Below the pieces are notes generated by a model. That model searched no databases, had not been told where the DNA came from, and worked only from the letters and a program-made list of their open reading frames with translations. A stretch of 63,601 nt of DNA, the filler included, from Klebsormidium nitens (Eukaryota > Plantae > Klebsormidiophyceae): NCBI GenBank assembly GCA_000708835.1. It is 8 parts of 8 records of this genome, joined end to end, with 100 filler letters (N's around TTAATTAATTAA, not from the genome) between each part and the next. Parts side by side here need not be neighbours in the genome. Positions count along the whole stretch, not along the records: positions 45,462 to 52,811 come from DF238298.1; positions 52,912 to 59,143 come from DF238372.1; 6 more parts are not named here. One strand, written 5' to 3'. A program made the translations under genes and the position numbers. Below are positions 46,429 to 59,243 of the stretch, in pieces; position 1 is the stretch's first letter, and each line of letters opens with the position of its first letter.

Positions 46429-47831
46429 TCTGTTTTGGTGACTGGTGCATGCACTGAATTGGATTGCATCACCAAAGATTGGTATGGACCAGGAGTGAGC
46501 TAGATTTGATTGGTATTTAAGGTGTAGAGTGAATTGTTGAGGAGAAATTTGAAGACGCTTGCAAAGATTGGTGGCTGCTGGTGTCCTCAGAAGGATATGA
46601 CAATGGATTCCATTGTGGTCAGGGAGCCAGTGCTCAGTGTAATGGAGGGAGGTTTCGGCGAGCGTGCCTTTGTCCAGGGTCCTCTCAGATTCACCCGCTG
46701 AGGTTGATTGGCTTCATTGAGACTTCCATGCCCTTATGTAGTCTGCTGCAATTGCTGACCTACTACTCTGATGTGGGTGTTCCATGTACATTGTACATAT
46801 CTAGTTAGCCCGAGCAGTTCAGCACGTCTTAGTACTTGCTATGAAACAAGATCTGAGTACGTAGGCATTGCTGAATTATATGTAAGAATTGGTTCTGAAA
46901 TGTACCTCCATATAACGAGTGCTTTTGAAATGCAAGCTGAGGGAACCTACACGCGTCGTATGTACGTTCGGCCCCAACCTTGCATCCCAGACGGTGGCGC
47001 ATAGGAAGACAATTGCAGCTTTTACCTTGGGACGTTGATTCAAATGCCGAACATGGGCCTCCGTGTTGGCACCTGCAAAGCTAGCCGGCGTCCATCCAGA
47101 TGGATCTAGCTGAGCGAGCTCAATCGTGATGCCCTGGGTTGCAGATTCTTCAATCTTCAACTTACCAGGCGCCATTAATTCTTGTGAAGATCGCCGCACC
47201 GTTTTTGTAAAGATTCACCGCGCGCCGTTTCTTGTGAGGTCGGAATGCAATTGCCTCGAATTATACTGCTACTCGATAACGTAGCTATCATATAGTCAAT
47301 CGCCCCACGCTAATACTCAACAGAAGCTGGGGACCTATCATGTAAACTTAGGACCTATGCACGCAATGCGGCTGTTGTTTAGATCAGCTAGGGCTAGGTG
47401 GTTAGTCTTCAATATTTATATACAGTAGTCCACCTGCCAAATGGCGTGTCTAGTTTGACCAGAGCCACACAATTGCCCCACGTGCATACTAAACGGACTA
47501 TCCAAAAAGTTTGTCCCGCTTGACCATTCAAAACCGAGTTACATGTGAATCGACAAAAAACCCTGCATCATGATATTCGCATGTTTCTTCATTGAGTGCG
47601 GATGTCCAGTCCAACCGGGCACGCATAAGGGCCGCAAATGATCGATCCGCATTATAAGAGAGTTTGGCGCTTGTGCAGCGAACAACCGCTTTCATTCAGC
47701 TCTGCCCACGCATGGGCAAAAAAAGCTGAGGTACCGTTATTAACACTCAGGTCAGAAAGTCAAATGAAGGCCTCCTCTGTACACTTCGTCACAATTTTGA
47801 AGCTGACGCAACAAATGGGGTGAGAAAGACA

Positions 47832-50800
47832 TCAAGGGTGCGGTGATATAGGTGGCCCAACTCTCATGAGCAGCTCTTGCAACCACCGTCTCGTTGTGAC
47901 GTCATCCTGCGGGAGGAAGAGGGGCACATGGTTTGAGGGCGCTCTTTCGAGTACGAGCGGCAGTTGGCGAAATACCCAATAAGAAGCCCGTCCTCCAATC
48001 CGTCCACCCATGCCTTAGAAACAGACCGCTTTATGTTGCACGCAGCGACAGGTAGTGTGTACGAGCAAGTACACAACCAAATGGCAGAGGACGACTTTAC
48101 AGTCTTCGACAAGTGCCACAAGGTTTAGGTGCCTGACGCTTCGACAAGGGTGGTACCGCGCTTAGACCCGCACTTTTGAGCACTATTAGCAAAAGCCCAA
48201 AAGCACACCCCGGTGGGACCACATCAGCTGGGACGGAACAATGACAGCTGGCAGACAGAAACGAGAGAGAAATGATGACACTAGCAAAGCCCGTTGGACT
48301 CACCCTTAAGCACGCGCTAAACGTGGTGTCCCTCAGCAAGTCCGGCAGGCAGTTTCTCAGGGCCTCGCAAGCCCTGCACCGACAAAGCAACTCTCGCTTT
48401 GGCCCTCGAAGTGTATGCCTTCATCGCTACCTTCTGTTGTCTGTAATTTCAACATCTACAAGAGCCAGCCACGAAGCAGACACGAAACACCCCTTGGTCT
48501 GAGCACAAGCGGAGTGACGGCCTCTCTCCGGGCATCTCGCGGCCTTAAATGCTCAATCTGCTACACGATTCCAACCGCAGGAGGTGAAAGAAGGTCCCGA
48601 CGACGCAAATAGAGAGATTCCATCGATGAGACAAAAGGGCGCAGCCAGTCAAACAGCAAGTCTTCGGTATCGTGGTAGCGCTGCATCAAAACGCTGCGAA
48701 TTTTGGTATGCATTCTGCGGAAATTCGACCAACCGCAGTGAGCAGACGAGGGGCGCTTACCTGGGGTTGTCCGAGAGGCGCAGGTAGCACCGGATTATGT
48801 GCTTAAGCAGCCGGACCGACGGCTGCTCCGCCAGCATTTGCACCTGGAAAACGGAGCGGAACCGGAACCCAGAGTCAGAACGGAAGCCCTGAGGGACTGC
48901 AAACGGCTCGATACACTCCGCTTCAATGTGTATGGCAGGACTTGACTACACTCGACCGATGTATCTTCTGAGCTTGACTTTGTTTGCGGCTGCGAATCAG
49001 GCAGCAGGGATAGGAAGCATAGTGCCAACTTTCGGCCTCTGAGTACGAGCGCGGCTGCTTCTTTAAAAACGAGCGCTGGCTTCACGTCAAAGAGGAAGAG
49101 AGATGTGTTAATGTAATTTTGCGCGTCGAAGGAGGGGAAAGTGGTTTGCCGGAACATAGAACTAGCCGCAACCTTTTGCGAAAATACCTCCTGCGAAAGT
49201 ACCTCCACAAGATCGGAACCCGATACTTAAGGGCCCAACCCGGCCAGGGTTCTCTTAAACCACAAACAGAACCTCAACTCCTCTTAAGCACTGAGGACTC
49301 ACAAAAAGGGCCTATTAAAGCAAACCTCTGATCAGGACCGGAGTAATCAGGCTGGATTCTGACCATGTTGCTAAGGACGGCCCCCACTGCGAAGAAGCGC
49401 TCCGCGGTCGCGCAGATGTACGCCAGCCCCACGTCGTCCAGCAGAATTTTCTGGACGATGAACGTCGCAACCTGAACCCAGCAGAAACCGTGCCAACGTC
49501 AGACGACTGTCGAGTGCCAAGCGCTGACGTACGGGTCATGCCTTTGCAGATACGTCGCTGCCCCGATCAATTGAGTAACTGGGTTAGATGCACGTGATCA
49601 GTAGAGTGCGTTCGAATCCCCGGGCGCACAAATTTGGGTATAAACAATCTGCTCATATCCAAGAAGAACACTTTCGTACTCCCATATTGAATCGCAGCTC
49701 AAGCAGGATTGATTTGCAAGTGATCTCCGACAATGGTTGCCAGTCGCGCGTTCGTTTTGCTCATGCAGTAGAAGGTCTCACTAAGAGTCCTAGTCTCTGA
49801 ACACGTCTTGCAAACGCCCTTGCTAAGAACAACACACAGCGCTTTTCTGCCCAAACAAAAATATGAAGCCCGTCTCTTTGACCTTTGTCACTTTCGCCAG
49901 GATGTGCCTAGGAAGCCGTGACAAGCACAATTCCGCAAGAAGCACGGGTGCTCACCGTTTTGGACAACTCGCTACCCATTTCCATCGTCCGCAGACAAAG
50001 GGGGATGATCTCCGTGGATAACAAAAAGTTGATCACCTCCGTGTCATCTACCTGCAGCATCGGAAGCAGAGCCACCAAAACTTGAGCCACAGTGACCGAA
50101 TAAGCAGATGGTTCTGAAAAGCGTTCACGTGAGACTATGAAGCGGAATGAAAGCGCCACACAAGAACGTATTAACGCTTCCGCTTTGACCAAAAACCAAG
50201 ATCAGAAGCACCAAAGACATGAAGTTGTAATTGCCCTCTGATGAAATTGCCCTTTTATACTTGGCCCGGCTGAGTTTCTTCAGAAGATCAGTAAGCTGCA
50301 ACTAGGCATGGTGCTGACATTCGGAACGTGAACGACAATCTCAAATGAGAAACTGTTGAAACGAACAAGAAAGCTGGATATTGCAGATTGAAGCAACAAA
50401 AAGACATGACAACATGACTTCTATCGCCCACCTTGACCAGGGCTCCTATTACGCCTAAGCTCGTCAGGCGCAGGTACTCAAAGGGTCGTGTCTTGCTGAC
50501 GGTGTTCAGGAAGGGGTACAGGAAGAGGGGGATGTGGGCTGCACGGAAGACGACACATGGCGCCTAGTCAGCAACGTCCTTCTGCAACCCACTGACGACA
50601 CCACGATGTGTTCCATTTCGAAATGGGGAAAAGCTAGAACGGGGCGGATCCATAGAAACCCACCAAGTGTAGCTCTGGGAATCGCCCACCAGAAGTGGGA
50701 AGTGCAGAAGGCCAAAAGGTGAGGAATAAGTCCTCATGAGTTTCAAGGTGAACTGGAGCTTTGTACACATCAGCATTAGAGAAGGGGCATCAGTGAGGGG

Positions 50801-52560
50801 ATATGAGTTCGCACAGAATGTGGCAGTCCAATGAGAGCACAATCCTTACCAGCGAAATGAAGCGGGTCAATATTTACCCTCCCCGAACAACCAAATCCTC
50901 ACCGTTGAGGAACAGCCCACGCGTGTCCGGATGCGAGGCAACGCACTGCAAAAGTGCAAGCGCGTTGCAGACCCGGTTGGAGGCGGCCGCGGTGAGGGTG
51001 GGGGGGGAGAGCATGGGGTAGATGGAGACAATCTCCTGCAGCAGGGCCGCGATCGTGCCGCACGAGTGCCACAGGATGGGGGCGAGGTCCGGGAACGCCT
51101 CGCGCTTCTGCAGAGCGGTGAATAGGCACAAGTGTGAGTGGGGAAGGAATGTGCAGGTGATGAGAATCTTATCAAGAGATAGTGGGGAGCTGAGCAACGC
51201 TGGGCTGTTATTCGAAATTTTGTGGAAGAGCCCGGTACGTTCGGGGGGGACAAAGTAGGGCGAAAAGGGAGACACCCGACGAGCAGGTGTTGAAAGCGCC
51301 TGCCATCTGAATCCTGTTTGCATTTCCCCCTGAACCATCCATGCTACTCCAATGATGTTGCGCTTCTGATTCTCTGGAGGCCAGACAGGTTGCGGGCTGT
51401 AGTGACGTGCCCACCAACTTGGCTACCTCTAGACCCGCGTCATTCAAGGCCGCGCACAAGAGCGAAACGGCGCCTTCCTCTGGAATGGCCAACTAAAAAG
51501 TCAACCAATGGCCGCCTTTCTGCTGAGATCATTTCCCTCGGGCAACATTCGCCCCTCCTCGATGCAAACAAAAAGCAAAACTTTTTGGAAATATGTAAGG
51601 AAGCCATGAGCGACTGGTCACCTAAGCCAGGTCCCACAGGCGCCTCCTCCCTCACTGTTCCATCCAGCAATGCCATTTGGTATGTGGCAGAAACATTTTG
51701 GCTCACCTTGCTGAGGTCTAGCAGCGCGTTCTCCCTCTGTTCCGGAATGATCAGCTCCAGCACTAGTTGCTCGGGCGTCGCCATTGGCCGCTCCGGCCCC
51801 TCTGGCCGCTTCTCGGGCGGCCCCACCGCGCGCTGCTGTAGTTGGAAACAACACGTTACTCAAGTGCCCATGAATTTCATTGCAACATAAGTGTCCTGGC
51901 GAGTGTCACCCGAGCTCTTGGTCTTTTACAAGCACTTGGCATCGTCTCACTGTAATCCAATGGACATCTCTCGCTGTAAAAAGATAGAAACATCTGCTTC
52001 TCGCCTCCGTTTACCCACAGGTGTACCGAGCAGGACTTAGGGAACAGACGGTCTCTGTCCATAAAGCGCACGACCAAAGAAATGCTGGACAGGAGCTGGA
52101 CTGCGGCTAGCGGCCGAAACAGAACCTTGACTATTGCTTTCCTCATGGGCTCTTGAGATTCAACATGAGCTGAACACCATGGCACACTGCTTCAGGAGAC
52201 AACTATTCCACAATCAAAAACCGTGAAACCAAAGTTGTGAGTCAATCAACGGAAAAGACTGGAGATTACCAGCCCATCAAGCTGAAAAAGTTCCTAGCAA
52301 CTGAAGCTCGCAGGAGCAATCACCAAGATGACTTGAAAAACGGTAATCTACAACAAGCCAACAGCCCATTATATTGACTTGGGTCTGAAACCCGCACCAA
52401 AGCAGAGTTGAACAAACCCAATTCAAAAGCATACCACTTCTCACTCCTAATATGAAATGACGTCTAGCAGGCTCACCAGATTCAGCGCCCCATTTCCGAA
52501 CCCTCCAGGAGCAGCGAAAGCGCCTCCGGGCGCCAGACCCGGCACGCCACTCATAGACAT
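47832..52560 (-). CDS. CNOT9: CCR4-NOT subunit 9 (RCD1/CAF40), 9 exons
   Basis: Exons 52560-52477, 51835-51707 ([11 protein letters not shown]), 51107-50903 ([26 protein letters not shown]...), 50538-50432 ([12 protein letters not shown]...[14 protein letters not shown]), 50051-49956, 49471-49364, 48843-48761 ([18 protein letters not shown]), 48373-48304, 47906-47832; all GT-AG. Confidence 0.95.
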
Positions 52561-55500
52561 CAGTACCCCAAGCCCAAGTCTGTTGTCCGCCTGCTGTACT
52601 GCCCGTTTGCTGGTATACAGAGCCCAAGAACTTTATGGAAGAATCTCCCCTTGACCGGCAAACTCCTGTGGCGGCGGCTCGATTCTTCTTAGATTGCAGC
52701 TAAAGGTCAGGCTAACAAGGAAAAGATTCCAAAACCGCCTAAGCTTTGTCTGCCCTTTCCTTCTGCTCACAACTCCGAGCGACAAACTCCAGAGCGCGCC
52801 TTTCAGTAGCTNNNNNNNNNNNNNNNNNNNNNNNNNNNNNNNNNNNNNNNNNNNNTTAATTAATTAANNNNNNNNNNNNNNNNNNNNNNNNNNNNNNNNN
52901 NNNNNNNNNNNCATGACGAGTTAGAGGCTAGGAGTAATTCGTCCGGGTGGGAGTGTTAGAAGTCGGTGACTTATAGTCAGCCGAATTGCTACGTGATTAG
53001 GGTCCGGCCCGAGTTGGGTTTGATCTAGTGAGCGCCGGCGTGCGTGTACGGCGGTTAGGCGGGTAAACCGTTGGGCGGTTTGGAAGTTTGGCGGTTGAGA
53101 GCGGCCGTCAGTGTTAGCCGTAGATGAGAGCATCGAAGTCTAAGATTGAGTGTGATTGTGAGCTAAGCTAGTGAGCCTAGTAGTGTGTGACTTAGGCTAG
53201 TAAGCCTAGTAGGCTAGTGACCCTAGTGGAACGGGAGAGACCCATGAGACAATGGTTGAGAGAAACACTATTATTTCATCATTCTAAGATAAGTTTGTGG
53301 AGAGTAAGGAAGCCGCTAGTGAGGCGCTTCGTGTGTTCCTCTTAGAGTTTATGGCTGCCATCAATGAGTGATGAGCATGGGTGCCGGGCAACACGGTAAG
53401 ACCCGATGACGATTGTGAAATTCAACCACACTACGACTCCCTACCATGAGTTTCAAGAATATGCAAGTCCGAAAGTTTTGCGCAAACCCGAATATATACG
53501 GCTATTATTGAACCTACTCAATACAGCGGTTACTTGATGAGTCATTCTGGTGAAATGCTGTAACCCGCGCGCATTTCAACGCCAACCTAACTACCAATCA
53601 TTGTCGATTTCCCAACGACGTTATCCACAAAATCGCGCACACTAATAGTCGGATCTCAACACTATTGAAATCATTCACTCTTGCTTGCCGCAATTTAGGG
53701 TGTAACCACCCTCACAGATAAGCGCTTTCACCCTTTAAAGAGGGCGTCGGCGGATGCATCTGCATTTAGCGACCAGTCATTAGGGCTGCGGCTGTTTATG
53801 TCGTCGCGATCCGCAAGAACGAAATTTTGGCAGCGACGCGGGAGGGGAGTTTAAGGCATAAAGGACACCGCGACAGCCACGTGGTTCCTTCAACCTCAAC
53901 GCCCACTTTAAGCATCTCTTTGAATGAATATCATCACATGACTTTAAGTTTGAAGGCACTCCAATCCCGTAGCTAGATGTACTCTAGCCTGGCTCGGGAC
54001 TATTTCCACCACCCACCAGTCGGTTCAACTATGGACATCTTTCCATTAACCGGTCACTCTGCTACTTACAATACGGCCTATATTCCAGTCAGACTTCTGA
54101 CCGGGGCACTATACTACTGGTGGTCGGTCGGACCGTGCCACTCGTGATTGGGTACAATACTACTCTGAGTCGTCTCACATCTAACGATCCAGAATCCGAG
54201 TCAACACGCAATCCGACGATCGATACTCAGCGACACAAACCTTCTATTCTACGGTCGACATTACACGATCCAAACCACAATTCTACGGTCGATATTACAC
54301 GACACAATTCATGATCCTACAGCTCAAATCTATCGAGCCTAAGTCAACAATTTGCTCAATCAACTCAAACACTCCCCCACATACTAAAAGGAAGCGCGAA
54401 GCCCTAAGCTCGGTTGGTTAGGTAGCGGTACGTATCCAAGTGCACAGTTTGCAGATAACCGTACGATGAACATTGCAGAAACCATCGACGGCCGAGCAGG
54501 TCGGAATTCAGGATCGAATGCACCGTCGTTATTCTTGTGCCGGGTCTGATTTTGGCGTCAATGTGAATATATGGGGCTGCCGCCAACGGGCACATTGCCT
54601 GGATCTGGCCGTGAATTCGCATACATGATTCAAAACGAAGGCTGACTATGGCCACTAGCGTGGTATGTGAAGTTTCATTTGAACGACTGATTTGGCATTG
54701 TGTGGCGTTGTGCTAGGTAGCCTTAAAATTGAGGGTGCAATGCTGAACAAAGCCAAACTGGTTGCAGAACACAAGAGAAACTTGGAAGGTAGCGAAGGAT
54801 TGTGAGCGTAGGGGTATATCGCCGCAGCGTCTTGGTGCTTTGTTCAGCGGGTGCAACCCTTGCTTGAGTTGGCAGAGGTTCTCGCGAGATGCTGCACATC
54901 CTGCTTTCAATCATCAAGTGCGGCTCAACGCGCTTGAACAGCATCAAGACGAATGTCACAAGAAGGCGCAAGAAGGACGGGAAGCTCATGAAGCACAAGC
55001 AAAACTCGCGGAAGGGGACGGATAAGAATGTGGATGCATTCTTGAGGAAGGATGGCGCTCTAGCTGTGGGTGTTGAGGCGGAGGGCAACAATCGCGATGC
55101 TCCTCTAGAATATTGTTGGACAGTTTCGCATTCTGCGCAGGAACTTGCCGCAGGATGGCCAGTTGAATTGATTTGTGAACATCACGGGGGTGTTCACGAA
55201 GAATCCTGCCACAAGCCAGCGCCAACGCTGCATGCTTTGAGTTTGAGGGGCTTGACTTGGGCGATGTCCCTCATGAGCTTCAGAGCCTCTCTATTTAGTG
55301 CAGACGGACGCGACTAGTGCTACCAATCAATTTGAATGGGAGCTATCCTACATCAAGTCCTCTGCCGGCTCCCCTCTCCCTCCCCGTCCTGGTTGTTTGG
55401 CGCACCATCGAGGCGTTTTGAGCATGCTCCGCGATCCGTTGGGCTGGATCGCTACTCTGAAGGCGCAGGCGCTTGACGCTGCAAGGCGCACCCCTGGCAG

Positions 55501-58085
55501 GCCTGTGCTACAGTGGATGGGGACCGCTGACTGCTAGGAGGGTGTGGAACATCAAGACCAAGTCTAAGCTGCTGTACTGCTTTGCTGTCGCCACTACAAG
55601 CTGTGTGTTTCCGAACATGGAGCAGCGGGTTGCGAACAAAGCGCTGGTGGAGCACCTGTACTTGTGTTTGTACTTGCTGCTGAGCGAAGAGCTGCACTTC
55701 ATCCAGTGGTGAGTGCTTTTATCTGTGGCCTTTTTGTTAAGTTCATGGGTGATACCTGTGCAATAAAGCACGGCTGCTGGCACTTTATGACACAAGAAGT
55801 ACTGTGTGTCACTGAGCTTTGCTTTGAACAGATGTGGGCATTCATGCAGGTTGCTTTCTGAAAGATTTTGAATTTCGAATTCTATAGACGGAGGGGAAGG
55901 TCATTCGGTCGTGCAGGTGCTGCATTGCACTGTAAATACCATTGTGCAAACTTGTGACATCGTGTTGGACACTGACAGCTTGCACAGCTTTTAATGACTT
56001 CAAATTTGTTGCTGTGCATATGGTAGGCTGCCTGCAGCTAGGTTACAGCTGTGCAAGCAGCTTGACATTCCCGTGCACTGGTTTCGCTTTGTGCCAGGAG
56101 CAACCACGATGTAGAAACTCTAACACATGTGGTATGTTGATGGAAGGTACAAACTTGCTACGTTCAACGCGAAGCATATCATGCACTACGTCATCGACGT
56201 GTTGAAGGTGTTTCAGAGGAAGGGGTGATTACTACCATGAGGTAAGTGATGGATGTCTGATTGTGGTGATTGCATAACAGCTGTAGATTGTGTACTATAG
56301 AATAAGAACTGCAGTGCCTGCTGGTTTTGCCACTATAACTTCATGTGTCGGCCTATGTGTGTCATTGTGCCTGCCTATCTGTCAGCGAGACGTATGCTGT
56401 CACATCTTCTTTTTCTTTTCGAAGTATTACGTCTGCACCGTATGGTTTGCAGAACACGAGATTCAAGCACCACAAAATCAGGGCGTTGCCCGCCACCGTG
56501 ACTGCCGCCGGCTGGCAACGAATGCAAGATGCGTAGTGGTGGGTCGAGAGTGCAGCTACCAAGTCGCACAGTGTCAACAGCTGGTTTGCGTTTGTGGGAG
56601 TGGGGCTCCTGTGCTGGCACAGCACGTGGAGCTGTCCAACCTGGAGGAAGCTGATCGCGCGGACGACGTGCTAGCCGTGGTGCGGAGGGATGCGAAAAAG
56701 GGCCTCGGCAAGTTGCCGTGTAAGGTGGACAGGACGGGCATTAAGGCGGCGATTGTGCGATGCGCTGCGGGCGGCGCCCTTGCACGTGCACCTGCACCGT
56801 GAACGAACGAGGGCACGGTCAGCGCCGCGGTGAAGGTTGGCGCGTAGCGGAAGAAGAAGAACCGGTTTGCGCAGACAAGGGCCTCGTTCTACAACGGGAC
56901 ATGGGAGCTGCGGGCTTGAGAGCTGGTGGCTAGATATGTAGAGGAAGGGGTGTGTGCGAGTCTGCCTGACGGGAAATTTGATAGGACTCTTTTGCACGTC
57001 TAGTGCACATAGGGTTGCAGCACAAGCATAGCACCGTAGTGCAAGGTACTAAATCGAGTTGCTTTACATGCCCCTTTTTCGCGTCCCCTGCTTGCACATG
57101 ATTTGTTATTTTGGCCTCTACGGTGCAACCTTTGATTGACCTGATTTGAAGTTGCCAAGTTATCGCTCGGGGAACTCCTCGTTCCTTGTGCTTGTCTGGT
57201 GCTGTCTTTGTATGGTTGATGCTACAGATTAAGGAGTTTGTGTGCAGGTATGATTGGCGGCGGTGTGAAGGCGTTTTAGGGCACAAGGGCACTGATTGGT
57301 GCTTGGCCCGGATTATCGCCAGTATGCCTAGTCATACGCGCTCAAACCACTGCCCCGATCAAATGTGCCCACATCACCCCGACGATATGAGCATATCTAC
57401 GCCTTGCTTTTCGGTGTAAACTGAAGTATTTCGCATTGAATCCACGCGAAGTTGAACCCAATTAACATGGCCGAACGGCCGCGCCCTTGTAGGAAACCGT
57501 TTGCAATGGCATCAAAATCGTAGGGTTCTAGTGGTGATCGAACGGAAGGCGATCTATTGTGCACTTCGAATCCCGTACGGTCAACAACCGTAAATTCTGA
57601 ACATCGTGTCGAAACAACTCAGGCACGAACATAATGGGATTGCCAGGCGTTGCAATATCTAGTCGACGTTCGAATCGAAATCCAATTTTCGCGGTCGCAA
57701 AAGAGCAGGCGGCCGATGGTTTGTTGGTTTGTAGCGCGACCCTTGATCTAATACAGGCGCCTCCAAATCGACCACCCGGTAGATCAGAAGTTTGATTGGC
57801 ATTGTGGATGTGGCAACATGATTGACCATGTCAATTGACCAACGCAATGTGGTGATTGAAGGCACATAGCACCCAGAGCAAACAAAACAACGGCACACAC
57901 CAGTAGTGGGCGCAGTCAAGTACTCGAATCTGTGGTAACACTTGCCACCACTCTAGTAGCATGCCGCCATGTCGGCAAGTGCTGCAAGCAACACCTGTAG
58001 CCTGCAATATTACATGAAACCCCGCAATTGAAGTTGGGCTTGTTCACTTTGCGCACATTAGGGTTGCAGATGCAGATCCACTCAC

Positions 58086-58204
58086 ATGCGGTCAATCAGG
58101 TCCTCGTCGCTGTTCAGATGCTCCAACATCTCCTCCGCCAGGCGGACGCCCATCTCGCACCACATGTGCGCTAGCACAACGAACCGGGTGTTCATCTCGA
58201 ACGC
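58086..58204 (-). CDS. Isolated coding exon of an unidentified gene
   Basis: CTCTTCTTTACAG|AFEMNTRFVVLAHMWCEMGVRLAEEMLEHLNSDEDLIDR|GTGAGT; neighbouring exons (54700-58500) not resolvable. Confidence 0.35.
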
Positions 58205-59243
58205 CTGTAAAGAAGAGGATGCAACGAGGTTCAGGTGCGTGCACAGAGCGCGTAAGGGTCACTTCGGTTTGACACCGGAGCGAAGGATTTATGGGCATGT
58301 CAACAGGCTGCCAGGCAACTCGCACCCAAACTACAACTTGAAACAATTCGTGCATTGATCGACGCAAAGGTGAAGTTGCGACCAATATAGAGGTCCATCG
58401 CCTTGCTGAAGTCCAAACGACGCCCTGTCGAACCCGATATCTAGGATGTGCAGGAGGACCAGCTGCTCCGCTTCAAAACACAGAGCAAGGAAGACTGTGC
58501 GCATGAGCTATTTGGAGAGGCATCTGAAAACCCACTCCGATGCAATATATCACGTTTTAAATGAAACCCGCAAAGCATGCAGCGTAAAGCAAGGAGCAGC
58601 GACGCGCATGGACAGATCTACATTGATGCCGCTTTAATGAAACATGCCAAGCAATGTGCACAACGTGCAACACAAGCTACTTAGGGTGGGTTTCGGCACT
58701 AACGATTTTATCACTGATCGACGCAATTTTGTGACACGGCGTATCGAATTTCCGTCAATACTCAAGAATCCGACACATGTACGCGACGAGTAATCCGTGA
58801 TTTTCCGCCGATCCTAAGGCTATGTCATGGAATTGTGAAGCGGTATCAGGTTTCCCATCTAAATTAGGGTTGCAAATGCAGCTCAAAGATGGAGCTTGTG
58901 CAACTGAATTAAAGCTTTGACAAACATACAACCACTTCGGTACAGCGTCAATACGTTTCCTTTGAGGGTCCAAGCAGGTCGCACATGGAGGACTGTTGAG
59001 ATTCACCTTGTAGGGAACTAGAATTGTGTGGTTTCACTCGTCATCGGGTCTTATCGTAGTTGCCCGGTGCTCATGCTCATCACACGTTGATGGCAGCCAT
59101 GCATCCTAAGAGGAACACGAAGCGCCTCACAAGCGGCTTCCTTNNNNNNNNNNNNNNNNNNNNNNNNNNNNNNNNNNNNNNNNNNNNTTAATTAATTAAN
59201 NNNNNNNNNNNNNNNNNNNNNNNNNNNNNNNNNNNNNNNNNNN

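Noticed and set aside
52912-54400. CTAG-rich segment (also 41150-42550) as an LTR/DIRS retroelement end
   Set aside because: No paired LTRs, recognisable primer-binding site or gag/pol motifs found by eye.
54700-57900. Protein-like frames suggesting a second decayed transposase
   Set aside because: Frames are interrupted by stops and show no DDE, CxC or other family motif I can identify.
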